A DNA stretch of 64,000 bases from Antedon mediterranea (Eukaryota > Animalia > Echinodermata). Position 1 is the first letter of the stretch. Each line of letters opens with the position of its first letter. Both the position numbers and the translations under genes were made by a program. The notes beneath the pieces are model-generated. The model saw only the letters and a list, made by a program, of their open reading frames with translations, was not told the DNA's origin and did no database searches. Location of the stretch: assembly GCF_964355755.1 (NCBI RefSeq), contig NC_092674.1, positions 28,644,001-28,708,000 on the forward strand, given 5' to 3'. Shown one piece after another: positions 39,101-52,830 of this stretch.

Positions 39101-42100
39101 GGCCTATGTTTAATTACATTCATGTTATGTATTTTGTGTGTAATAAATAATTTGCTGAATTACTGTAATTATTGTTCAAATGTACAATACAGTATATTAT
39201 TAAATTATAATAGATACGTAATTTTAATTGTCTGTGCCAAATAGGCGGCGGCCGATGTTTTTAACACAGGCAAGTAGGCCTACCATTTTTTTTATAAATA
39301 TTACAGAATATAAATTTAATAGGCCTAATAATTTATTTAATAAATACATTGAATACTTAAATAGTTACAGTATATTTTTTATTATCAACATTGAAAATAA
39401 TACACTTCTTCGGGTATCGCCGAGAGTTGAACTTTCAAAAACTCCAACTTGGCGGAGCACGTGGTTTTCACCACAATTCGGCACAGTTGTGTTGTTTTCA
39501 ATCACCAACTTGTGCGAGCAGATGGTTGTTTTTATCCAACCTGTGCGAGCTTCTACTGAAACAACAAGTAAACCTCCACAAGCCCGCACTCTCCACACAC
39601 CGTACCCATGTGCTCCTACTACGTACGGCAGCTGCTGTGAGGTTTTTTGCTATACGCATGCGTATTGTTTTACGTCACGTAGACAGACGTCAGTTGATGT
39701 TTGTTTTTTTTTTCTTCTCTATGATTTCAACGCGTTACAAGCTCATCACCTTCATAAGTACTTTGTTTAAACTTTTTAGGCCTAGGAGGCCTACATTTCT
39801 ATAGGCAATATTTTAGATATATCTATTAAATAATTGTAAGATAATTAGTGCCATGTCTAGGCCACTACATTTTAAATATCGCAAAATAGCTTGATTTTGG
39901 AATTTCATTGCACAATAGAAGCAAAACGTTTTTGCTCCCAAAGTAAACCCACATGAATACGCCTTTTTCATTCACGAAACGGAACACATCTTCGATCGAT
40001 GACAAACAATGCCGTGCAACGAAGCGTAACCAACAGAAATAACATAGCGTTTTCAAGGGATTTCAGGACACCATGTTAATTAAACAATCGCAACTCTTGT
40101 ACGGAGGATCATATGAGAAAATAAATTACTGTAAAATGTTCTTAAAAGATTGGCCTACATCACTGTGTAATTGAAAAAATTTGAAAAATTGTTTTCACTA
40201 CTTTAAAATCCATCGAAAAAAACACCACAGTGTATTAAGCATAGGCGTTTTTCACCGACGTTTTTTCGCGGTGCAGTCGCGGTATAAAACGTTAAAATTA
40301 AGTTAAAATAGTGGGCAAGTAAAAAAATGATGAGGGCAACCAAAATCTAAAACCTACTTGCCCGATAGGCAACCAAATATTTTAGGATTCTGCGAGCCCT
40401 GTTATCGTTTTGATTAGCTTTTCACTGATACCCACAGCACAGCATTGTAATTTTTCAGTATTTTTCCATTGGATTTATAAATATGTATTAACTTTTTTTG
40501 GAAAAAAATTAACACTTGGAATTAATAAGCAGTATACAGTAAATTATACATTGCATAATCAGCGATTATTTAATTTATTTTGAAAATAATGAAATAAAAT
40601 ACTTACCATTTGGATGAAACATGGTGGATACAAATCTAACTATTGGAGGTTTGTTTGGATATTCTTCTGTGAATTCTATTGTTAATTTGAATGTACCTGC
40701 AAAAGAACATACAGTAACAAACATGAAATATTATGTTTAAAAAATCTATAGTTAAAATGCACTAAAACCACTATATTTTATTACATGGTTATTTACTGAT
40801 TACTACAGTAATAATCCTACATTTTTTTATATTTTATTTATTTGTTTTTAACTGTTCTGTATATATCTTTTAAATTAGGCCTACTGTGTATTTATGTTAT
40901 AATTTTTATTTACTTTTAAACTTATAACTGGACCATTTTGGAAAGCAGTACTGCGTTACTGAAAATGCAATCCAGTCAAAAGAAAGAATAAATAAATAAA
41001 TACTCTACTGTATATATGAAATATCCAATATATGGAAGATGAATTTTTAAAATGAATAATTATACATGAAAAAAGAAAGTACACTTATGACAATATAAAC
41101 TGTGAGTACAATAGAACATCTTCTTTTGGACACCCCATTTCAGGGGAAATATGTTTATAATATAAATAAATATAAAACTATGGCCAAACCATATTTAGGG
41201 GCATTTTCTTGGCTCATAAAGGTATCCCTTTAATAGGGGTTAACTGTACTAAACAAACGGGTAATTTCAAAACTGTTTTTAAAATCTTTTGTTGCAGGTT
41301 GTTATATTACAAGTATTCATTTTCTTTACATAAATAGTTGTAAAAAAAACCTCTAGAAATGACAATATACCCCTCTTATGAAATGGTTTGATTCATTGTT
41401 GTTAATTTTTCTTTATGGTATTTTTCACAGATTTCCCTTTAATGAGATACAACAAAATACTCATCATCGTATATTTCCTGCCTATAGTTAAATTTATAAA
41501 CTTACCATTTTCAAATGGTGTGTCATGAGGTCTGAGGAAATGAATTGAGAAAAAATATTTATTATTAGTACAATCATATTATTGATTCTCTATTTTATAT
41601 ACATTGTGAAGTGGTACATTCTACCAGGGACCATTTTCGCCAGTGGCTCGCTTGTGGGTGCTAACTCACTTTCACAATTACTGTAGTGTTACTATTAGTT
41701 ATTACAGTAGTATCTTGTGTATGTACAATACTTACCCAAATATAACTGCATTCCATAACATAATATTATTTTCTGATGGTACACCGCTAACACCTGCAGG
41801 AGGATCTTCTTGTAATCTGAAATTAATAAATTTAATAAGTATTACTGTATAACTTAAATATTCATAAAATCCAAGATGTACTGTAAGTAAGTGACTGTAA
41901 GGTTTAAAAATGACAAAATAATAATTGAAATAATTAAATTATTACAATGTACAGGCATTATAATTAATATACCTAACTAATATATTATAGAAGAAAATAA
42001 TATTAAATAATAACAGAAACTACAATTTTTTTATTGTTAGAAAATTACTGTATATAATAATATCAATCAATAAGCAATTATTTGTTTATTTGAAATAATG

Positions 42101-42596
42101 TATTACTATTAGTATTACCATGGTATTACTAATCTATTAACATTATTTAGGACCTACAGTCAGTAATCATAGCACTACACTACTAGTACTACTACTATAC
42201 TATCTACGAGCTCATGATGCTTTATAGTTCCTATCTTTAATACATTAATATTTAATAATAATTAATTATAAAATGGATGGCTAAATACATTAATAATAAT
42301 AATATATTTAATATAATACATTAATAACGTTTAAATATCCTTAATCTACGTGTCTTAACTGACCAAATAAAATGTGATTTCCTATAATAAGTAACAACTA
42401 TTATGATGAAATCATTTGAGATGACAATCCATCTGGAACGTCCACGGGCTTCAGTCGTGGAGAGAGCTCAGTCTTTCAGTAGCCTAGGCCTGGCTAGCCC
42501 TAACTCGTCGCGAAAACCAAACAAAGAAATCGCTATTAAATTGACTACATACCTTTTAAAATCTCTCATTAATCGCCTCCTCGCGGGTGTAGACAT
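36168..42596 (-). CDS. UBE2A: Ubiquitin-conjugating enzyme E2 A/B (Rad6); exons 42596-42553, 41816-41736, 41531-41506, 40696-40607, 36699-36611, 36296-36168
   Basis: [141 protein letters not shown]...SWEDS*. Confidence 0.97.
38512..40401. mobile_element. 1.9-kb non-autonomous hAT-like element with a 5-bp TSD (hAT5-type) in a UBE2A intron
   Basis: ttatc|CAGGGCTCGCAGAATC ... GATTCTGCGAGCCCTG|ttatc, with subterminal GGGCAAC / TTGCCCGA motifs at both ends. Confidence 0.8.
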
Positions 42597-42749
42597 ATCT
42601 ATGAACTAATTTTCAGTACTGAATCTAGCAGAATTTCCCTAACAATATATAAATAAAGCGAATAAAAATATTCAAAAAACCGAACTTTCGCTTCCCTCCC
42701 TCTCTCACACACAGCTCTAGCTAATCTTTATCATAAATGTTGTCAAAGC

Positions 42750-42794
42750 TGACGTCACATAACATGTCCCTGTGACTCAGAAGTCGTGACGTCA
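42750..42794. promoter_or_regulatory. CRE-AP1-CRE cluster in the UBE2A/ANKRD10 divergent promoter region
   Basis: TGACGTCA at 42750-42757, TGACTCA at 42773-42779 and TGACGTCA at 42787-42794, about 150-200 bp upstream of the UBE2A ATG. Confidence 0.6.
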
Positions 42795-43768
42795 CTAACG
42801 AATACAAAAACTGACCACAAAATATAAATACTGTGTCCACCACAACCACCAAAAGTGTCTATAAAATTAATTATATAAATTAAAGCCTATCATAGTCTTA
42901 CGTTTTCTATTTACGGTAAGCAATCGACATTGAAAACAGAACCATTATGTTATTAGCATCACTTTCTGTATTAATTTTGGCGAGCAATTAAATTTTAAAA
43001 ATATTACTTGTGTTTTAAACACATGCTTCTCCCTCAGGTATTCTTTTAAAATACTGTAAATAAATAAATATGATATGACATAACTCAGCCCTAATTTTAT
43101 GTAGATAATAGGTTTATTACTAATTATTGATTGAAAATCATGATCACATTTTGAATAGAATTTCAGGGTCTGGTTGTTAAAAATAAGATTTATTTATTCT
43201 GAAATGAGTTGTTTTAAAACTATTACAGTAGTAGTTTAAAACAAATAGATATCGCTATTTTATAGACATCTCTTCAAAACTATGAATTCTAGTTTTGAAT
43301 ATTTTAATACTATATAAATAGGCCCTACTTATATATCACAACTGATGATATAGAATAATAGATTATTGAAGCAATAGAGTTATGGAGTAAATTTGTAGGC
43401 CTTCACAACAATGACAATGATGATATTTCTAACTAGTAATTAATCTGTAATTTGCTAACAAAAAATCAAGTAATAAAAAGCATAACATAAAGTACTGTTC
43501 AGTGTTATAGTAGTAGTTTATATCTATCTTTTAATTTTTGGCGTAAAAAAAAGTACAGGAGGTATAGAGGGCGGTCTACGACTTGAAAATTAAACAAAAT
43601 AAACAAAAACATTTGAAGAAGGAAAAGCTGCCCTGCGAGAGAGAAAACAACGAACAAAGCATGGCGGCGGGTACATTTTTTAGCCGTTTGAATCTCTTCT
43701 CAAAATAAACATTTCATAGTTTCTCTTTGCTCCCGTGTCTGCCTAAATACATAATAAACATTGTAGAA

Positions 43769-46700
43769 ATGGACGATACGTTCTCGTTTGGATTCTGGGG
43801 GAAATCTAGCGAAGAATTACTTCACTCAAAATTCCCGATGCACCGGGCCTGCCGCGATGGGGATGTGAAGGCTTTGTCTGACTTGCTGCTGTCTTCGGCT
43901 GAGGATCAGCAAGACTTGTTTGCAGAAGATCAGTTCTATGGCTGGACACCAGCACATTGGGCTGCATACTATGGAAAAGTATATATTAAAGCCTTCCTTT
44001 ACACTATGACTAGGCCTAATTTGATTAAGTTCTGTTATTGTTAATAATTATGAATACTGTAGGTAGGCTTTATTATTATATTGAATAACTGTCAAATAAT
44101 TTAATAGTAATAGTTTAATACACCAGCTAGGCCTAGGCCTATATAATAATTATAATATAAAGTATGCATAAAATTAAATACTTTACTACTTAAAGCCTAC
44201 AATACTAGCTCCCTTTTGGCCTGGCCAGGGATGTACTAGGCCTAGTAGCCTAGCTAGTAGTAGGAAGTGGAAAATGATGTTGATACTGTACAATAGGCTT
44301 CTGCATCGAAAGTTATTAGTAATTATAATCAAATAATATTAAATTGATATTTTTGTTATCAGCTTGAATGTTTACAAAAGCTTGTACTGGCTGGAATCAG
44401 CTTTGATGTTGCAACGGAAAGGTTCAACCAAACACCTACACATATTGCTGCATTTGGTAAACAACCACAATGTCTGCTATGGCTTCTACAAAATGGGACT
44501 GCTGTTAATGGACGGGTAACACACATTTAGTGCTTCTAAAGGCTTATCGCAAATAGCGTGAACGATGCATGATGGGAAGGATTTAGAAGCAATAGTACCA
44601 CCACCACCAGGATATAAGTATAAAGAACGATCTTTAGTATACGGTGCAATGACATTCCTCTTGAAATCGAGCTATTTGCGATAACCCTTATTACCTATTG
44701 GTTACAGGAATTATACACATCCCTCAAATCGTTCAATTGATCATCAATCACTACTAACTACAACACATGCTTTAAAAACATTAACCAACTACAAAAAGTG
44801 CATTAAAAATAAACGAAAAGTAACCTTTAATTATATTCCATAGACCTTCCTTAGTTAAACATTTACAGTAAATATTAATTAAGGAACAATACAAAACTAA
44901 TACTGATGGTGAACTCTACCAAAACCCACCCTTTAGCTGGACCAAAATCTCATCTTGGTTAAATGTGAGATAAATAGAATTTTGTTTTACTCTTTTTTGG
45001 TGTAAACTACAACTTTTATTTTTTCATCAAGTATTACAAATACATATTAATAGTTATTAATATTATATATTACTCTGTTTTTTTTATTATTTTTTTTTAA
45101 TTTAGGCTACTCATAATTATAGTATTTAAAATGCATATAACAGCTTATTTTGAAATGTTGGTGACTACTATATGCTTACAGAATATATACCAATACTAAA
45201 TACCCCGGTAGCTAATTTCCAAATGTTGAAAATATCCGAATAGAATAGAATATTTCAATGATTAATTGATTTGTTTATTTCAGGACTATTTAGGAGAGAC
45301 AGCCATGCACAAAGCAGCCAGAAGCGGCAGTATAGAATGCTTGAATCTACTGCAAACGTTTGGAGCAATTCCTAGGTAAAAAGGACAATATTATTATTTT
45401 ATTTAAAATTATGAAATGCTTTGATATTTTGTTAAATTGCTATGTTGTTGTTGTCTTGTGTTACTAAGTGTATTCCACTTCTGTCAGGACCAGTGGGCGT
45501 ATTCATTAATCACACTTGTGAGATATTTCCCTTAAGCACTTAACTCAAAAATATTTAAGTATTTCCCTTAGATTGTATTCACTTAGATTTTTTTTAAATT
45601 TTAAGGGTACAAGTGTTTCCCTTAGTGAGAATGGTGAATACGCCACTGGCTCCCCTCTGTGAAGTGAGAATTGGAATTAAGGTTTCTTTTAAGATTTTGA
45701 CATCAGATGATATTCATGTGACATAATGTATTTGATAGCAGGGACAATTAAAGCTTAAATATAGGCCACCCAAATCGAGCACCTCAACCTAAATGAAGTT
45801 GAAAATTATTTGTTGAAGTTGAACAAATACAATTGTGAAGAATTTTTTATTAAGTCGATCAATACTTTTGTTGTATAGTGTACCAAATAACAATGGCCAA
45901 ACTGCAATGGACTTGGCTGTAACGTGTGGACACCAGCAATGTGCTGAATATCTACAACAAACGGTCAATGGCGGTGTACCTGATGGTCATCATCTAACCA
46001 ATGGTCATGCAACAACTGGACAAGTAAATGGCCATGAAGTCAACGGTCAGACAGACATGGACATGTCGCAGAATTGTTCCAATGGATTTCTCAGTCGGAA
46101 AAGGACATTGATGGATTTGGAGAATAACGATTCAAAGAAAGCAAGGACAGATGGTATGTATATTTTTTTATTTCTTATTCCATTCTTTTCTTTTATCTAT
46201 ACTGCTTTCTTCTTCTTTCTTCATCCATTCTTCCTCAATTTTTCTATAGACTCTAGTAAATCTCTTTTAGGTATATTCTAAGGACATAGGACATTGTCAA
46301 AATTATTATACTGCAGTTACTGCAGTAACTACTATAAATAGTATTTTAACATTGCTTTTTGCAATTTAATGTATTTTTCTTTGTTGTTTTATTGTCTTAA
46401 TTATGCCAAGAAAAATGAATTTCAATTTTGCTTAAGTGGACCAATAAAATGTCTTGAATCTTGTTTATTCCTTAACCTGTTTATGATACTATTATTACAC
46501 ACTTTTTGTGGGTAATCACACATATTGTTTATTGCAGTGACTGCCTGATAAACCATTACATTGAGGTAAAAATAAATCATACATTGCTGCAGTACAAAAA
46601 TGTAGTTACTGCAGTAGAACAATTTTGTCATGATCCATTTCTTCAAATCTGTGTGAATCTTCCTATCTTGTCAATTTCTCCTCCTCTGTACCACTACCAC

Positions 46701-48555
46701 ATTCATTCATTTTTTCTTTGACTATTTTTCCTTCCAAAACTTTTTTTGTGTCTCATTTTGGTTTGTTTATTTTTAATAATATGCATGAAATTGTATTTAA
46801 TAATTTTATTATGAAATTATATGGATAATATATATTTTGGTGTAAGTCGGCTTTTTTTGTGTCCAAGAACCTGGCCATAATCCAGCCCATCTCCTTTCTG
46901 TAGACTCTGTATCGGCTTTCAACTGTGGCGTATCTGCCACGAACATCGCCGGTCATCCTGGTGATTCCATGGTTACCGAACCGACATTAGATAATAATTA
47001 CGAAGCCATGGAGATGGAACCTGTAGTACCTAAACCAAGACCTAAACCAGCACGGTGGAGGTGCCAGGCTTTTGTTATATGAATATTCAACTATAAGCAA
47101 ATAAATATTCATATCCTGATCAACATTTAAATGAAGCTTGTGAATATTCATAATACTGTAATCATCTTTTGAAATTGTGTCTGCAAAATGCGGTGTGATG
47201 TGCTTTTAAAGATAATTGTGTGAAACGTAAAAGGTCTTTTCGATACTAAGGTCTTATTTCCAATGTACACTAGGGGATTCAAGCAATTAGTGACTACTTT
47301 GCAGCAGTATATCAAAGGCTAAAGGTCAAATGTTAAGTTAAGTTGTTGAATAATGTATAGCAAAGTTTCCTGGAAGCAGTAACCACACATTTCTAAAGCT
47401 CTTTAATAATGTAATTAATTAAGTTGATTTAATATTACTCTTAAAACCATGTAATTATTGGAGTAATTCATTGTAGATAATCTCAATGCTGGCCTGAGTG
47501 TTGAGGGCGCTGCACACTCTGAGGAAGAGGAACTAATGGATGATGACTCACTCATGACTAAGGTTAATGTGAATGCGATGAACCATGTCCATTCACGTCC
47601 GATAACAATCCAATGTAGGACTCTGAAAGGACACTACATTTGATAAAGTAGGAAATCTAGAAAATTGATTGATTAATTAAGATTATCCATAAATGATTTA
47701 GTAACTTGTCTAATACAGTAGCTACAGAGAGTCATCAAAGTTATCTTCCTATTATTAAAAATATGTCTAAATTTTCATTTTAATTCACCGCAAGGTATAA
47801 GTCTTTTATGATAGGACAATGTTTAAGTAGAGTTCCGTGTGCGATGCTTACTGTTAATCTCTGTCTACACTACCAAACTTTATGTGACAAAAAAATGTGG
47901 TGTGCTCATATATGGAGATGATGATGTCATAGGCATATCACTACCATATTTGGGCACATCACACTTTTTGTCAAACTAGTTTTATAGTGTAGATTGAGCT
48001 TTTTGTCTAAAAATAGAGCTTTACATTTTGTTATGTGTAATATTTAGCATTAACTGTGGTATCAAAAATCTGCTGAGTAGTGTACGGTATTAATTTTTTG
48101 TATGTGTTTAAGAATAGCAATAATGCGTTTTATATTTATTTATATACCTGTATTGTACAATCTTGCCCTTATTTTGCTTGTTCCTTTTTATGCATGTAGA
48201 TGTCCCTACTCCCCTGCAGTTCACACCAAACCATGCTACCCAACCAGCACAACCAAATCTGGCCAATGGTAGTATACCTCACACTAACACTAACGGAATA
48301 CATGCGTCTTTAGATGTTAACTGCAACTCGGAAACCAATGACATGCAAGTGGATGCTGCTGAACCAATGGTAGAGAATGAAAGTCATTTTATGAACGGTG
48401 TTGATGCGGTATCGTCATCGTCGTCCCCCGAGAAACGGTCCAGCCCAATGTCAAGCATGCTAGAACATCAAAGGTCGGTGGAGCAGGCCGCGGGTTATGA
48501 CAGTATTATGTATGAAGCGCTGTACGGTGGCACTCCATTCTGTCATGCGTATTGA
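43769..48555 (+). CDS. ANKRD10: Ankyrin repeat domain protein 10 (exons 43769-43978, 44363-44515, 45284-45375, 45879-46153, 48200-48555)
   Basis: [66 protein letters not shown] and RKR..KKART match ANKRD10 as I recall it. Confidence 0.9.
44540..44688. mobile_element. Short MITE with an 18-bp TIR
   Basis: aggcttatcgcaaatagc / gctatttgcgataaccct. Confidence 0.55.
45491..45648. mobile_element. Short hAT-like MITE (CAGTGG ends)
   Basis: cagtgggcgtattca / tgaatacgccactg; no clear TSD. Confidence 0.45.
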
Positions 48556-49288
48556 GATTGTATTACATTAATACAAAAAAGATAAACATTTTGGCATACA
48601 TGGGGTGTCATAACTGTAGTTGAGCTGGAATTGAGTTACAGACAAAAATCAAAATGCCTGCTGTAAAGAAATAATAAGACTGTAGCAAGTTAACCTTAAG
48701 CTCTGTCTACAGTGTCAAACTTTATGTGATGTGCCCATATATGATGATGTCATATCACTACCCTATTTGGGCATATCACTACCCTATTTGGGAACATCAC
48801 ACTTCCTTTGTTTGATAGAGCTTTAGACCTATATACGATCGATTACATTTGATATTTTCTAGACAGTCAAAAAGCAATATTGGCCAGCATTACATTTTGT
48901 AAAATGTTTATATTTAAACGTCTTATGTATATGGTAGATGATTTTGTAAAAAAAATAATATTCATGAATGTATCTATTTTATTTTCCTATTGCATGGTCA
49001 ACAAGGAATGATAAACATTCTTTACATACTTAAGTCCCGTTTAATGCTATAGTGTGTGAATGCCTTGGTGTCCAGCCAGGATTTGAAACCTGGACGTGGA
49101 AAACAAAAAGTCATAACAAGCAAGGATCATGTGTGTGATATTTTAACAATCTTAATTACTATTACTGTATTCATTTAGTGATGATATTAGTATAAGTACT
49201 GGAATCTTATTATGGATTCCTCCATTCATACAAAGGGTGCCATTCTGCTTTAAATTTTATCAACAGTATATGTAGTAACTCGAAGTAA

Positions 49289-50372
49289 AGCTTGGTTTTC
49301 ACTAGCGACACAACGTAAGAAAATGCCTTTTCATTAATTGTGCTTTCCTCTGCCTGCCTGCGATTTTTACAACAATGGTGCGTCGTCGGTTCCCACTTGT
49401 GATTACGCAATGCATCACTTTGCGTCGATACGTTGCCACGTTGCGTTCTAGTGGGAACCACGCTTTACGCAATACAGCACTTTGCGTCGCTGCGTTGAGT
49501 TGCGTCGCTAGTGGGAACCACGCTTACAGTAAAAGCTATATGCTTTCGCTAGGCACAACGCAAGGACGTAATCGCAACTGTCGCTTGTCATTGGTCAACT
49601 CACTTTAACTTGTAATTTTTCTTTGAGATATGTATATACATTTAGTGAAAGGTTTTGAGTACTATAGTAATAGTTTTAGCATATTAGCAACTTGCTGTAA
49701 ATATTTGTGAGAACTCCGTCTAGTGTGAGTGAAGTAGAACAAAAGATACAATGTACAATAATTGTAAAAGTTGGAATGATTTTTAATATTTAGTATGTCT
49801 TGTGTAGTGCATATTATTGTTAAACAATGGGCAGAAATAGAGTTTATGTGTATATACTGTTTGGGTGCTATTACTGATTTACAAAAGTATAACAACTATA
49901 CTGTACTCCTAATGCTTAAAACTATTTTTTTTTGTATACAGTAACATTGTATATACAGTATAACATTATTGTGAAATATCATAGTTTTGTTGCCACCCAC
50001 TTGGACGTACGCGCGCCGCAAGTAATTTGACCAATCACGACTTGATGGGTCGTTTGTGGACGGTTTTGCGTGCCTACGTCATTGTGTTGCGTCTAAAAGT
50101 GGAAATTGATCACATACCTTACTCGGACGAATTAGCGGTGCAGTTGAATTAGAGCTTTTTACAATCCAATAACTGCCATGCTTTTGGTCAAAGATATTGG
50201 GAAACGTAACGTAACAAGCGAAACCGCGTTCCAAAACTTTGTTCCCACTAGACGCAACGCAAGAACGTAAGCCGCAACGCAAGCAAATGACCAATCACAA
50301 GCGATGGTTTAGTCCAACCGTCGCTTGTGATTGGTCAATTCGCTTGCGTTTCGTCTAATGGGAACCAAGCTT
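49289..50372. repeat. Cluster of MITE-family fragments (AGCTTGGTTCCCACTAG / CTAGTGGGAACC ends with GCAAC/GTTGC pentamers)
   Basis: tagtgggaacca occurs at ~49449, ~49509 and ~50357, and ttcccact at ~49390 and ~50242. tcgcttgt(c/g)attggtcaa is shared between copies. Confidence 0.55.
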
Positions 50373-51330
50373 TATTTCATAATTTACGGTTTTGCTGTAT
50401 TACTTTAGTTGTTATTTTTTAGTTAATTTTGTTTATATGTAATATTTATCATGCTTTTAGATACTATTTGAATGCAATGTCCATAGAGTTTTTCAATGTT
50501 TTATAAGTTTACAACTGTAGTACAGTGTATTATGTTTTTGTATTTTTTGTAGAAAACTTATGCTTTTTAGAATTTGATTTGTTTTATATTAACAAGACTA
50601 ATATTAAAAATTGTTGTGAAAGAATGTCTTTTTTAGTTTAAAAATTATGAATTTAATAAGACTTATTTAACATTTATATTTGTTTTGGTCATAATGGCCG
50701 CCCATATTTTTTTTCAAATTCTAATTTTTAATCATCAGTCGATATATGATTATTTTTAACAATTGTATGTTTTGGCTTGCTTCAATTAGATTGAATTGCC
50801 TTTTATATTATAGAAAATGCTAAAAAAGATACTTAATTAGCAAATAAATTGAAATCAACCAATATGTCTGAGATTTGTTTTGTAAAACGGTTCATCCCAG
50901 GCAACCAACAACAGGACACTGAGCTGACCGCGATGTTTCTTTTCGTACTTAAGTTAGGGACCCCTCATGAAACGTCACAAAATGAACATGAATATTCATT
51001 AGTCATAATATCCATAAGGTGTGACGTAAGAATTGAGCTAACTACAATTCTCTAATGCAAACGCTTTCTGACTAGTCTGGGTTCCAGACGGAGTTTTGTC
51101 TTAATATTAGTAAAAAGATAAATATTTTGGCACATATGGCGTTTCATACGTATACTACTTGATTTTGGATTTTCAGACAAAAATCGCGGTCGAAATAAAA
51201 ACAAATAAATAAAAAAAAAAGATAATACAGACTTGGGGCAAGTCTAGCTTTCTGACGAGCCGTTTGTGTAGTCGAGTGGATAGATTATATGGATTTTACA
51301 TGAGATAGAGATTATTAGGGTTAGGTTTAG

Positions 51331-52830
51331 CATGGATTAAAGAATAGAAGGATATGCATCGACGTGAGATCAAGGGTTCCTTGACTCTCGCCGACAGACC
51401 GCGGACCGCCCACAATGTTACAGTTTAATTAACCGCATGGTAACAACGAAACGGTCGCGTGCCTAATATATTGTTTACTGCACATGTGCAACGACATTTA
51501 ACCGTGTTGACTACGCTTCTTTCGCGCGTTCTTTGTTGCACTGTATGTATTCATACATATTTGAACAGTATAATCAGTGGCGTAACGGATATGTGCGCTC
51601 ACTGGCTAAACCGAAGCTTGGGGCCCATGAGCAGTGCCCAGAGGAACAGGAATAAAATTTGTCGAAAATGCTAAAAACGTCCGAGGCCTCGATCTTTGAA
51701 AATTTTGGAGGGCCACTTAGGTTTCCTAAACAAGTGGCTTCAGGCCTCTGCCTCACGCCATTGAAAACAGTTATTAAATTACATTTTATGTTATTGTGAA
51801 GACCTTAGTGTAGGCCTACTTCATCAATATACCAGATAAAAACAATACTATATTGTTATTGGCTTAGAATTGTAGATGCTATAATTGTAATTAGTATAGG
51901 TTTCTGCCGCGATTGATCTACGCTAATGTTTTTAGGCCTATGACATTAAAGTAGCATTTTATGACCTGTAGTAGCCCTACATCTGAGACAATAACTATTT
52001 ATTTGTTGTCTCAGCCTACATGTAAAATTACAAAATCAGCAATACTAGGCCTAGGCTTACTAGTAAACCATATGATTTGCCGACATTGATACTGCCTAGG
52101 TAGGCCTAGGCTAATCTGCGTCGCTAGTGGGAACACGAATCGCAACTATACATAGCCAGCCAATCCCGGATCAGGGATCGCTGTTTTCATTCAATTAGAC
52201 CCGGTGATTGGATGTGATGTGGATGACATAACCACTAGCCAATCACCAGGCACTACAATTTAAATATAATCATATCGATAATTAAGGAGATTTATGAAGA
52301 AACCACTGCTTAGCCATATATTAAAAACACGATTGTTGTATGGGTGAACACCGGCCACGCTAACAACATACATGGTCAAATGCATAATTTAATATTCTAT
52401 AGATTAACGCAATTTTTAATGACAGAAGATGGCAGGCAAATAATGATAATTCAAATATAAAAATTGCATATTTTATTAATATTACCAACTACTTAAAATT
52501 ACCAGTCGTAAGAAAGTGAACTTTTCGTAGTCCGATTGTGATGAAACTAAAACAGAATTATTCAGCAATATATTTTTGTTGTCAATTAATCATCGACGCA
52601 GACATGTCAATAGAACATTCAGACTGCGCATACGATTTCTACATGCTTACGTTTTGGTCTCAAAAAATGTAACAGTTGATTCGAAGCGTTTTACAGAGGG
52701 CCGCGGTTAGAGACACGGAGTTCAATGAGCGTGTTTGTTTGATTGGCAGCAGTGCTTTAGTATAGGCAAGCGCGTTGTAAAATCGTTTGATGTCACCGTC
52801 GATGCATATCCTTCTATTCTTTAATCCATG
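51331..52830. mobile_element. 1.5-kb non-autonomous P-superfamily-like element
   Basis: Perfect 33-bp TIR CATGGATTAAAGAATAGAAGGATATGCATCGAC, with a 7-bp TSD GGTTTAG at 51324-51330 and 52831-52837. Confidence 0.85.

Noticed and set aside
39228-39804. Transposase ORF inside the hAT-like element
   Set aside because: I recognised no BED finger, DDE or hAT dimerisation motif in the short overlapping ORFs.
51575-51763. hAT MITE nested in the P-like element (CAGTGGCGT..ACGCCATTG)
   Set aside because: Only a 9-bp imperfect inverted match and no TSD, which is too weak to call.
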